64,000 bases of DNA, from the NCBI GenBank assembly GCA_964469615.1, contig CAYXZM010000031.1, positions 20,306-84,305 on the forward strand, read 5' to 3'. The notes below the pieces were generated by a model. The model was given only the letters and a program-made list of their open reading frames with translations, was not told the DNA's origin and made no database searches. The translations under genes and the position numbers were made by a program. This stretch comes from an uncultured Candidatus Bathyarchaeia archaeon (GTDB taxonomy: Archaea > Thermoproteota > Bathyarchaeia > Bathyarchaeales > Bathycorpusculaceae). Each line of letters starts with the position of its first letter. Position 1 is the stretch's first letter. This document shows, one piece after another, positions 56,596 to 64,000 of this stretch.

Positions 56596-59028
56596 TTAAC
56601 TTCCCTCTAACGCTTTCTCAAAAGATTCTTTAGCCTTACCTATTTCTTCTGGCTTAACTTTGTCCACTATTGCCTGCATTTCCAGAATTTTTGAAGCAAA
56701 CCTTTCACCTTCTGCCGCCGAAGCCCACAACAACTGTAGCCTATTCTTGTCTAATCCGCTTTGCTCCATCTTCTTCCATAAACGTTCCACACGCTTCTGT
56801 GTATGATAATTAGCATTTATGTAATGACAATCTCCTGGGTGACAACCAGCCACCAAAACTGCTGCTGCACCTCTTGCAAAGGCTCTTTCAACGAATTTTG
56901 TGGCCACACGTCCAGAACACATGGTTCTAATTATGCGCACGTTTGGCGGATACTGCATTCTACTGACTCCTGCAAAATCCGCGCCAGCGTAAGCGCACCA
57001 ATTACAGCAGAAAGCGACAATCTTCTTATCTGCGTCATGTTCTGTAACAGCATCTATCTGCGCAATAATTTGTTCATCAGTGAAGTGATTCTGCGTTAAA
57101 GCGCCGAAAGAACATTCCGCTGCACACGTTCCACATCCACCGCATGCAGCCTCTATTATCTCAACCCGCTTCAATTCCTTATTCAATGTTATGGCATTAT
57201 AAGGACAGACCTTCGTACAAAGCCCACATAATTTGCACTTTTCAATATAAGAAATCGGTGTGATGGCTTCAACAGTTACCTTTCCTTTAGCCATCAAAAT
57301 CCCAGCTCGAGCTGCAGCTGCGCTTGCCTGTGTTACGCTGTCTTTTATATCTTTAGGCGCCTCAGCGCAGCCAGCAAAGAATATTCCGCCTGTAGCAGCG
57401 TCAACTGGTCTCAGTTTTGGATGTGCCTCCATAAAGAACCCGTCTTGTGTCCTAGAAAGCGTTAACAAGCGCTGTATTATCTCGCTATCTTTTCGCGGCT
57501 CCAGACCTATGGAGAGAATTGCCATATCTGTGTTTATTTTGTACATTTCCTTTAGCAAAGTGTTCTCTCCAACAAGCCATAGGTTATGAGTTTTCCTATC
57601 CTCAATTATTTCTGCTGGAAGCCCTCGAATGAATATGACACCTTCTTTTCTCGCTCTTTTGTAAAGGTCTTCAAAACCCTTCCCATAAGCTCGTATATCC
57701 ACATAAAAAACGTAAATTTCAGTTTCGGGCCAATGTTCTTTAATTAGCAAGCTATCTTTTATCGTATTCATACAGCAGACATTGCTACAGTATAGTCTTC
57801 CATTTCTATCTGAGCGTGAACCAACACATTGGATAAAGGCTACACGCTTCGGGATTTGCATGTCGCTAGGTCTTATGAGATGTCCACCTGAAGGGCCGCC
57901 TGCATTGATTAGTCTTTCGAATTCAAGTGAAGTTATTACGTTTGGATATTTGCCATAGCCATATTGTGGCAGTGTTGAGGGGTCGAATACATCTGCGCCT
58001 GTTGCTACAATTATTGTGCCTACTTCAAGCTCGACAGTTTCGGTTTTCATTTCGAAATTTATGGCTTGTCGCTCACAAGCTTTAATACATTTGTCGCAGA
58101 CTATTATGCCTTCCTTGTTGAGACATAAGTTCATGTCTATTGTATATGTTGATGGAACTGCTTGCGCAAATGGTGTGTAAATTGCATGTCTTATGGCCAA
58201 TCCTACATCAAATTCGTTTGGAGCAATAATTGGACAAACCTTTGTGCATTCGCCACAAGCAGAACAGTCTTTTGTAACATATCTTGGCTTTTTCAATATT
58301 TTGACATGAAAATTGCCTATATATCCCTTAACTTCTGTAACTTCACTTTGAGTTAGCAACTCAATATTTGGATGATGCCCAACGTCAGACATTTTAGGTG
58401 CAAGAATGCAGATTGAACAGTCCATTGTTGGAAAAGTTTTGTCTATTCGCGCCATCATTCCCCCGATGCTCGGTTCTTTCTCAACCAAATACACTTTATA
58501 GCCAGTATCAGCCAAATCCAAGGCTGCTTGAATACCAGCCACGCCGCCACCTATAATCAAGGCTTTTCGAATTATCGGTACTTCAATTTCTTCTGCAGGC
58601 TGAAGCAATGCTGCCTTCGCAACAGCCATTTTCACAAGGTTTTTAGCCTTTTCTGTTGCCGCCTTTCGGTCATGTAAATGAACCCAACTACACTGTTCAC
58701 GTATGTTAGCCATTTCGAAAAGGTACTTGTTTACTCCAGCTTCTTCGCATGCTTTTCTGAAAGTGGGTTCATGAAGACGCGGTGAGCACGATGCAACGAC
58801 TATACGGTTGAGCTTTTGTTCTTTTATGTCATTTTTTATCTGTTCTTGCCCTTGGTCTGAACACGTGTATCGGTTGTCTCTGGCTAAAACCACATGGGGA
58901 AGAGTTGCGGCGAATTTTGCAGTTTCTTCACAATCTACAGAACCAGCAATATTTAGACCACAATGGCAAACGTAAACTCCGATGCGGATTTCTTCGCATT
59001 TAGGTTCTAGCTCTTTCTTCTTCGCCAT
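56596..59028 (-). CDS. hdrA: heterodisulfide reductase subunit A-like flavoprotein fused to an MvhD-like C-terminal domain
   Basis: HdrA N-domain IGVYVCHCGLNI, FAD motif IIGGGVAGIQAALDLA, and several ferredoxin motifs (CSACGECTKVCP, CDKCIKACE, CKLCGLCTKVCP, CGGCGTCAAEC). The MvhD signature follows: VAFCCNWCAYAGADFAGVSRMQYPPNVRIIRTMCSGRV...VAGCHPGDCHY. Confidence 0.85.
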   Translation of the reverse strand: MAKKKELEPKCEEIRIGVYVCHCGLNIAGSVDCEETAKFAATLPHVVLARDNRYTCSDQGQEQIKNDIKEQKLNRIVVASCSPRLHEPTFRKACEEAGVNKYLFEMANIREQCSWVHLHDRKAATEKAKNLVKMAVAKAALLQPAEEIEVPIIRKALIIGGGVAGIQAALDLADTGYKVYLVEKEPSIGGMMARIDKTFPTMDCSICILAPKMSDVGHHPNIELLTQSEVTEVKGYIGNFHVKILKKPRYVTKDCSACGECTKVCPIIAPNEFDVGLAIRHAIYTPFAQAVPSTYTIDMNLCLNKEGIIVCDKCIKACERQAINFEMKTETVELEVGTIIVATGADVFDPSTLPQYGYGKYPNVITSLEFERLINAGGPSGGHLIRPSDMQIPKRVAFIQCVGSRSDRNGRLYCSNVCCMNTIKDSLLIKEHWPETEIYVFYVDIRAYGKGFEDLYKRARKEGVIFIRGLPAEIIEDRKTHNLWLVGENTLLKEMYKINTDMAILSIGLEPRKDSEIIQRLLTLSRTQDGFFMEAHPKLRPVDAATGGIFFAGCAEAPKDIKDSVTQASAAAARAGILMAKGKVTVEAITPISYIEKCKLCGLCTKVCPYNAITLNKELKRVEIIEAACGGCGTCAAECSFGALTQNHFTDEQIIAQIDAVTEHDADKKIVAFCCNWCAYAGADFAGVSRMQYPPNVRIIRTMCSGRVATKFVERAFARGAAAVLVAGCHPGDCHYINANYHTQKRVERLWKKMEQSGLDKNRLQLLWASAAEGERFASKILEMQAIVDKVKPEEIGKAKESFEKALEGS

Positions 59029-59032
59029 CGCC

Positions 59033-60502
59033 TTATCCTCCTAGATGCTCTAAATAACTTTCAATAGATGCAGCAGCTCGCTTTCCAGCTAGAATCGCTT
59101 CAATAACTGTTGCTGGTCCTGTTGCCACGTCACCGCCTGCAAAAACACCCTGCAGACTTGTTTCCATGGTTATTGGGTTAACCCAGACTGTGCCATCATC
59201 ATTCAATTCAATTTCCTTCGGCAAAAATTCTAGGTCTGGGACTTCGCCTATTGCGAGAATAACCATATCCGCCTTTCGCGTGAACTCTGATCCTTCAATT
59301 GGCATCGGTTTTCTTCTTCCAGTTTCGTCTGGCTCGCCTAATTGCATTTGAATACATTCGATGTCAGTTACCCTTCCTTTTTCTCCAAGAATCGTTTTAG
59401 GTGCGACTAATAATTCGATTTTCACGCCTTCGTTTTCAGCTTCCTTAATGTCCCATGGATTTGCAGGCATTTCCTCTTTTGATCTGCGATATAATATGGT
59501 AACTTCTTTTGCTCCAAGTGCCAAAGCAGTTTTTGCAGAGTCAATGGCTACGTTTCCACCGCCAATTACAATAACATTTTTTCCAACTTCCATTTTTTCT
59601 CCGCAATTTGTGCTCCATAAAAAGTTGAGAGCGTGAATAACGCCCTCCAGATCTCCGCCTTCAATTTTCAACTTTTGGCTTTTATGAGCACCAACACCAA
59701 TAAAAATCGCTCTATAGCCTTCTTTCCATAAATCTCCAAAATTTAGGTCATTGCCAACTGTTACGCTGGTTTTTACTTCAACACCCAAATCTTTAATGAA
59801 CTGAATCTGCTTAGTTAAAACCCGTTTCGGTAAGCGATATTCAGGTATACATTTCCTTAGCATTCCACCAAGTTCATGAAGGGCTTCAAAAATTGTGACA
59901 TTGTGCCCCTTCCTGGCTAGTTCATATGCAACTGTAAGCCCAGCCGGTCCAGAGCCTATTACAGCAATTTTTTCACCAGAAAACTTTGCTGCTTTTTTTC
60001 TCTTTTTTGTTTTCATTTGGTCTTTCAGCATTTTTTCAGTTTCCGCTAATATCTTACCAATATTCAATGTGGCACGTTCTGGATGAAAACAAACTAACAT
60101 TGTTACAAGAGGTAGAGGAATGTTTTCTACAATCTTAGAGAGAGCTTTTTTAAAAGGCTCTGTATATCCGTATATCGCTGCTTTTTTTCGCATAAAAAGG
60201 AAAATTTCAGGCAGTCTTAAAGCTTGTGGGCAACGTTTGTAGCAGCGATAACACCAAGCGCAAAGCCAAAGCTCTTCTGAAGTTAAAGCTTCTTTTGGAT
60301 TTAAAAAGATTTTTTCCAGAAAACTCCTTGGATTGTAATCTTTTCCAAGTAACTCTGCTACCGAACAACTGGCTGTGCAGATGCCACATTCATAGCAGTA
60401 TTTGAGTTTTTCAACGTCAAGAAGTCTCTTAATGTCTTCCTTGGAAATTATGGGCTTTGCAGTTTCCAAGTGGTGAGCCCTCTGTAGTTTTGGGGTTCTC
60501 AC
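59033..60502 (-). CDS. HdrC-like 2x[4Fe-4S] domain fused to a GltD/NfnB/SudA-like NAD(P)H-dependent FAD oxidoreductase
   Basis: The N-terminus CYECGICTASC...YNPR...LWLCAWCYRCYKRCP is HdrC-like. Then IAVIGSGPAGLTVAYELARKG, GGMLRKCIPEYRLPK, VIVIGGGNVAIDSAKTA and VFAGGDVATG (GltD-type). GGAGGA lies 8 nt before the hdrA ATG, inside this gene's end. Confidence 0.8.
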   Translation of the reverse strand: MRTPKLQRAHHLETAKPIISKEDIKRLLDVEKLKYCYECGICTASCSVAELLGKDYNPRSFLEKIFLNPKEALTSEELWLCAWCYRCYKRCPQALRLPEIFLFMRKKAAIYGYTEPFKKALSKIVENIPLPLVTMLVCFHPERATLNIGKILAETEKMLKDQMKTKKRKKAAKFSGEKIAVIGSGPAGLTVAYELARKGHNVTIFEALHELGGMLRKCIPEYRLPKRVLTKQIQFIKDLGVEVKTSVTVGNDLNFGDLWKEGYRAIFIGVGAHKSQKLKIEGGDLEGVIHALNFLWSTNCGEKMEVGKNVIVIGGGNVAIDSAKTALALGAKEVTILYRRSKEEMPANPWDIKEAENEGVKIELLVAPKTILGEKGRVTDIECIQMQLGEPDETGRRKPMPIEGSEFTRKADMVILAIGEVPDLEFLPKEIELNDDGTVWVNPITMETSLQGVFAGGDVATGPATVIEAILAGKRAAASIESYLEHLGG

Positions 60503-60544
60503 AAATATAAAGGTTTACAAACGTAAAGGTTTTGACCACTCATA

Positions 60545-60574
60545 AAAAATGTGTGAAGGCTCAAACACATTTTT
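60545..60574. promoter_or_regulatory. perfect 10-bp inverted repeat in the divergent promoter region upstream of the hdr/oxidoreductase operon
   Basis: AAAAATGTGT-N10-ACACATTTTT. It sits in the 105-117 nt spacer between the minus-strand gene starting at 60502 and the plus-strand gene starting at 60608/60620. Confidence 0.3.
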
Positions 60575-60619
60575 ATTAATCTAGAAACAATAAAAGAAAA
60601 TCAAAAGGTGAAGAATAAA

Positions 60620-61651
60620 ATGCGGAAAGTGAAGATTATTTTATACGGAGTTGGCGCCGTTGGCAACCTAATTGCAAAGTTTTTGCTAAAAAAAGAAGGA
60701 ATAGAAATCGTTGGAGCAATCGACATAGCTAAGGACAAGGTTGGTAAAGATTTAGGTGAAGTTTTAGGCATAAACAAAAAGCTCGGAATAAAAGTCACTG
60801 CAAACGCTACAGCTTTGCTTTCAAAAGTGAAGGCAGACATCGCTATCCATGCAACCTCTTCTTTCCTTAAAGATACATTTCCGCAAATAACCACAATCAT
60901 AAAGCACGGCATAAAAGTGATATCTACATGTGAGGAACTGACGTATCCATACTATACTGCACCTAAACTTGCAAAAGAACTTGACATTCGAGCCAAAAAA
61001 TATAAGACATCAGTTTTGGGCACAGGCATAAACCCTGGTTTTCTAATGGATACGCTTGTCATAACGCTTACTACGGTTTGCCAAAAAATAGAAAAAATCC
61101 ATGCGATTAGAGTGATGGATGCTGCTACAAGGCGGGTGCCTTTTCAGAAGAAGATAGGCGCTGGATTAACAGTTGAAGAATTCAAGCAAAAAATCAGAAG
61201 GAAAGAGATTACAGGGCATGTTGGGCTTGAGCAATCCGTCGCAATGATTGCTGATGCTTTAGCATGGAAACTTGACAAGATAATAGCTGAATCTGTTGAG
61301 CCAGTGATTGCCAGCAAAACTGTTAGAAGCAGAGACATAAAGGTGGAAACTGGAAAAGTAGCAGGTTTGAGGCAAGAGGCAAAAGGTATTATGAAGAATA
61401 AAGAGGTTATAGTTCTTGATTTTCAAGCATACATTGGTGCTGAAGAAGAATCTGATGCCATAACAATTGAGGGCGTTCCAAGCATCAGGCAAAAGATTCA
61501 GCCATGTGTTCACGGCGACATAGGCACAGTAGCGATGGTTGTTAACTCGATACCTAAAGTGATTAAGGCGCCACATGGCTTGTTAACAATGAAGGATTTG
61601 CCAATTCCATCAGCAGCAATAGAAGATATGAGTAAATATATTTCTTCTTAG
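60620..61651 (+). CDS. NAD(P)-binding DapB-like dehydrogenase (2,4-diaminopentanoate dehydrogenase / amine dehydrogenase-like)
   Basis: Rossmann N-terminus KVKIILYGVGAVGNLIAKFLL, DapB-like GTGINPGF, and an about 345-aa length. Confidence 0.55.
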   Translation: MRKVKIILYGVGAVGNLIAKFLLKKEGIEIVGAIDIAKDKVGKDLGEVLGINKKLGIKVTANATALLSKVKADIAIHATSSFLKDTFPQITTIIKHGIKVISTCEELTYPYYTAPKLAKELDIRAKKYKTSVLGTGINPGFLMDTLVITLTTVCQKIEKIHAIRVMDAATRRVPFQKKIGAGLTVEEFKQKIRRKEITGHVGLEQSVAMIADALAWKLDKIIAESVEPVIASKTVRSRDIKVETGKVAGLRQEAKGIMKNKEVIVLDFQAYIGAEEESDAITIEGVPSIRQKIQPCVHGDIGTVAMVVNSIPKVIKAPHGLLTMKDLPIPSAAIEDMSKYISS

Positions 61652-61673
61652 TCTGTTTTTACTATTGTATGGG

Positions 61674-62453
61674 ATGGATTTGAAGATCCGAATCGACGTA
61701 AACTGCGATTTAGGCGAAAGCTATGGAGAATTTAAAGTTGGAAACGACGAGAAAATAATGCCTCACATAACCTCAGCAAATATTGCTTGTGGTTTCCATG
61801 CTGGAGACCCTATGACAATAGCACAGACAATAAGCCTTGCTAAAAAGCATCATGTTGCAGTTGGAGCGCATCCAAGTTATCCAGACCTTATAGGTTTTGG
61901 AAGAAGAGAGATGCAACTAACAGATGTTGAAGTCAAGAACTACATAATTTATCAAGTAAGCGCCGTTCAAGGATTCGCGAAAGCAGCCAATCTTGTCCTT
62001 CAGCATGTAAAACCCCACGGTGCACTATATAACATGGCCGTGAAGGATGAAAAACTTTCCAACGCTATCGTTGGAGCGATAAAAACAATAGACAGTGGCC
62101 TAATAGTTTTTGCACCCCCGAACTCGGCTTTAGCAAAAGTCGCCGCTAAGAATGGTTTACGTGTGGCATACGAATTCTTTGCTGACAGAGCCTACAATCC
62201 AGATGGAAGTCTAGTATCGAGAAACGAAAAAAATGCCGTAATTCAAGAAACGAAGAAAGTTATTGAAAGAACAATCAATGTGGTTCAAGATGGAACAGTT
62301 TTAGCCGCTAATAGAGAAACAGTAAAGCTTGGCAAAGTGCACACCCTCTGTGTGCACGGTGACACACCAAACGCTGTAGAACTGGCAAAAAATTTGAAGA
62401 AGAAATTAATTGAGAACGGCTTTGATGTTAAATCTGTAGGCGACTTTATCTAG
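61674..62453 (+). CDS. pxpA: 5-oxoprolinase subunit A (LamB/YcsF family)
   Basis: IDVNCDLGESYG, ANIACGFHAGDP, GAHPSYPD and VKPHGALYN. Confidence 0.85.
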   Translation: MDLKIRIDVNCDLGESYGEFKVGNDEKIMPHITSANIACGFHAGDPMTIAQTISLAKKHHVAVGAHPSYPDLIGFGRREMQLTDVEVKNYIIYQVSAVQGFAKAANLVLQHVKPHGALYNMAVKDEKLSNAIVGAIKTIDSGLIVFAPPNSALAKVAAKNGLRVAYEFFADRAYNPDGSLVSRNEKNAVIQETKKVIERTINVVQDGTVLAANRETVKLGKVHTLCVHGDTPNAVELAKNLKKKLIENGFDVKSVGDFI

Positions 62454-62470
62454 CAATTTTGGGCTTTAAT

Positions 62471-63208
62471 ATGAAAATCAGACCCTATGCGTCAGCCAGA
62501 TACTTGCCTTTCGGCGATAGTGCACTGCTTGTAGAATTTGGTGATACAATAAGTTTAGAGGTAAATAGCAAGGTTATCGCTCTAAATGAAGCAATCCAAA
62601 AGACTGAAATTCTGGGAATTGAAGAACTAGTTCCAACTTATCGTTCATTACTTATTCGTTATAACGCATTGAAAACTACATATGAGCAGCTATTGTTTCA
62701 CATAAAAAACCTTGAGAGAACTTTAAGCAAGATAAGTATAGAGAAAGTGGGCAAGAAAATCACTATTCCCGTAGCTTACGGAGGCGAGTATGGACCAGAT
62801 CTAAGCTACGTGGCGGAATTTCATAGACTATCAGAAAAGCAAGTTATCAAACTACATTCTGAAAGAGAATATAGGGTTTACATGATCGGTTTTGTCGCTG
62901 GCTTTCCCTATTTAGGAGAGGTCCCAAAAGAAATTGCAACACCACGGCTTGAAACACCACGACTTAAAGTGCCGGCAGGTTCGGTTGGAATAGCCGAAAA
63001 TCAGACAGGCATATACCCATGTGAGGCACCTGGTGGATGGAGAATAATAGGTAGAACACCCTTTAAACTGTTTAACCCACTACAACAACCGCCTGCACTA
63101 CTGAAACCAGGAGACAGAATTAAGTTTAAGCCAATCTCAAAAAGTGAATTTGAAACAATCAAAGAAACTGTGTCGAAGAACGTTTATTCGCATTTTTCTG
63201 AGGAATAG
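62471..63208 (+). CDS. pxpB: 5-oxoprolinase subunit B (KipI / allophanate hydrolase subunit 1-like)
   Basis: GDSALLVEFGD, VPTYRSLLIRY, GFVAGFPYLG and GIAENQTGIYP. Confidence 0.85.
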   Translation: MKIRPYASARYLPFGDSALLVEFGDTISLEVNSKVIALNEAIQKTEILGIEELVPTYRSLLIRYNALKTTYEQLLFHIKNLERTLSKISIEKVGKKITIPVAYGGEYGPDLSYVAEFHRLSEKQVIKLHSEREYRVYMIGFVAGFPYLGEVPKEIATPRLETPRLKVPAGSVGIAENQTGIYPCEAPGGWRIIGRTPFKLFNPLQQPPALLKPGDRIKFKPISKSEFETIKETVSKNVYSHFSEE

Positions 63209-63210
63209 AA

Positions 63211-64000
63211 ATGCGAGTTTTTCATGTTCTTAAACCAGGATTCTTCTCGACGGTTCAAGATTTAGGAAGATTTGGCTATCTAAGATATGGGGTTCCAATT
63301 TCTGGCGCTATGGATACCTTTTCCTTTATTACAGCAAACCTCTTGGTTGCAAACAGTCCTGATAATGCATGCCTTGAAATAACCCTGATAGGTCCAGAAT
63401 TACAAGCATTAACAAAAACGCAAATAGCCATAACAGGCGGAGTTGCTTTTCCAAAGATTAATGGTCAAAGCGTTCCCATGTGGCAGACATTAGAAGTACA
63501 GGAAGGCGACGTAATCTCTTTTGGAAAAATGGAGAATGGATGCCGCGCTTACATTTCAATAAGAGGAGGGATAAACACGCCAATTGTGCTTGGAAGTAGA
63601 TCAACATATGTGCGCGGCGGATTCGGGGGAATATGTGGCAGGCAATTGAAAACTGGAGATACAATTGAAGGGTTCGATGCTCCATCTTTGCAAACGCGGT
63701 TCTCGACACCAGAAGAGCTTGTACCACAATTAAGTGATCATTTTGCAGTGCATGTTGTATTGGGACCACAGTATGATATGTTCATGAAGAAAGGAATACG
63801 AACTTTTCTCTCAAACTCTTATGAGGTTACATTAGAAGCTGATAGAATGGGATATAGGCTTGAAGGACCAATGATTGAGCATAAGGCTAAGGCAGATATT
63901 ATCTCAGATGCTCTCTTGCCAGGTGCTGTTCAGGTTCCAAAAAGTGGAAAGCCTATTATCATAATGAGGGATGCTCAGACAACAGGCGGGTATCCAAAAA
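63211..64000 (+). CDS. pxpC: 5-oxoprolinase subunit C (KipA / allophanate hydrolase subunit 2-like), 5' part running off the window
   Basis: My translation starts MRVFHVLKPGFFSTVQDLGRFGYLRYGVPISGAMD...ACLEITLIGPEL, typical of the CT_C_D family. Not in the ORF track because it has no stop inside the window. Confidence 0.85.
   Translation, partial: MRVFHVLKPGFFSTVQDLGRFGYLRYGVPISGAMDTFSFITANLLVANSPDNACLEITLIGPELQALTKTQIAITGGVAFPKINGQSVPMWQTLEVQEGDVISFGKMENGCRAYISIRGGINTPIVLGSRSTYVRGGFGGICGRQLKTGDTIEGFDAPSLQTRFSTPEELVPQLSDHFAVHVVLGPQYDMFMKKGIRTFLSNSYEVTLEADRMGYRLEGPMIEHKAKADIISDALLPGAVQVPKSGKPIIIMRDAQTTGGYPK

Noticed and set aside
1-64000. Search for CRISPR arrays, rRNA genes, integrases/transposases, prophage or defence islands other than VapBC
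   Set aside because: I saw no spaced direct repeats, no rRNA-like GC-rich stretches, no recombinase motifs, and no duplicated tRNA 3' halves (att-like sites) anywhere in the window.

Overview
AT-rich, gene-dense archaeal chromosomal segment with about 80 genes on both strands, short spacers and many 1-25 nt overlaps. The archaeal assignment rests on r-proteins L7Ae/S28e/L24e, S15, S3Ae, the KEOPS subunits Kae1, Bud32 and Pcc1, archaeal-type SAM synthetase, proteasome beta subunit, PAC2, a GPN-loop GTPase, a presenilin-like protease, NadM-type NMNAT and an initiator tRNA with an A1:U72 pair. HdrA/MvhD, a 2-oxoacid:ferredoxin oxidoreductase and many radical-SAM/Fe-S proteins suggest an anaerobe, possibly of the TACK/Bathyarchaeia-like type (inference only). 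I found no rRNA, CRISPR array, transposase or integrase. RNA genes are an initiator tRNA-Met and a second tRNA carrying about 40 nt of extra internal sequence whose anticodon I could not place. The most system-like feature is a six-gene minus-strand operon (53750-60502). It joins an HdrC-like/GltD-like fusion and an HdrA-MvhD fusion directly to the four subunits of a 2-oxoacid:ferredoxin oxidoreductase, with no HdrB in the window, and its delta subunit carries a 1-nt frameshift. Other points worth a second look: an HTH-CBS regulator plus DHH phosphoesterase operon placed head-to-head with metK; an mtaD-ahcY pair; and a TM-only duplicated MgtE followed by two PhoU-like/RCK_C proteins. Further points are tandem radical-SAM activase paralogues, a roughly 500-aa radical SAM/SPASM enzyme beside an S8 protease, a conserved-looking zinc-ribbon ORF with no canonical start codon, a decayed methyltransferase pseudogene, and a CooT-like ORF below the 60-aa cut-off. 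All functional calls come from motif recognition by eye and none was checked against a database.
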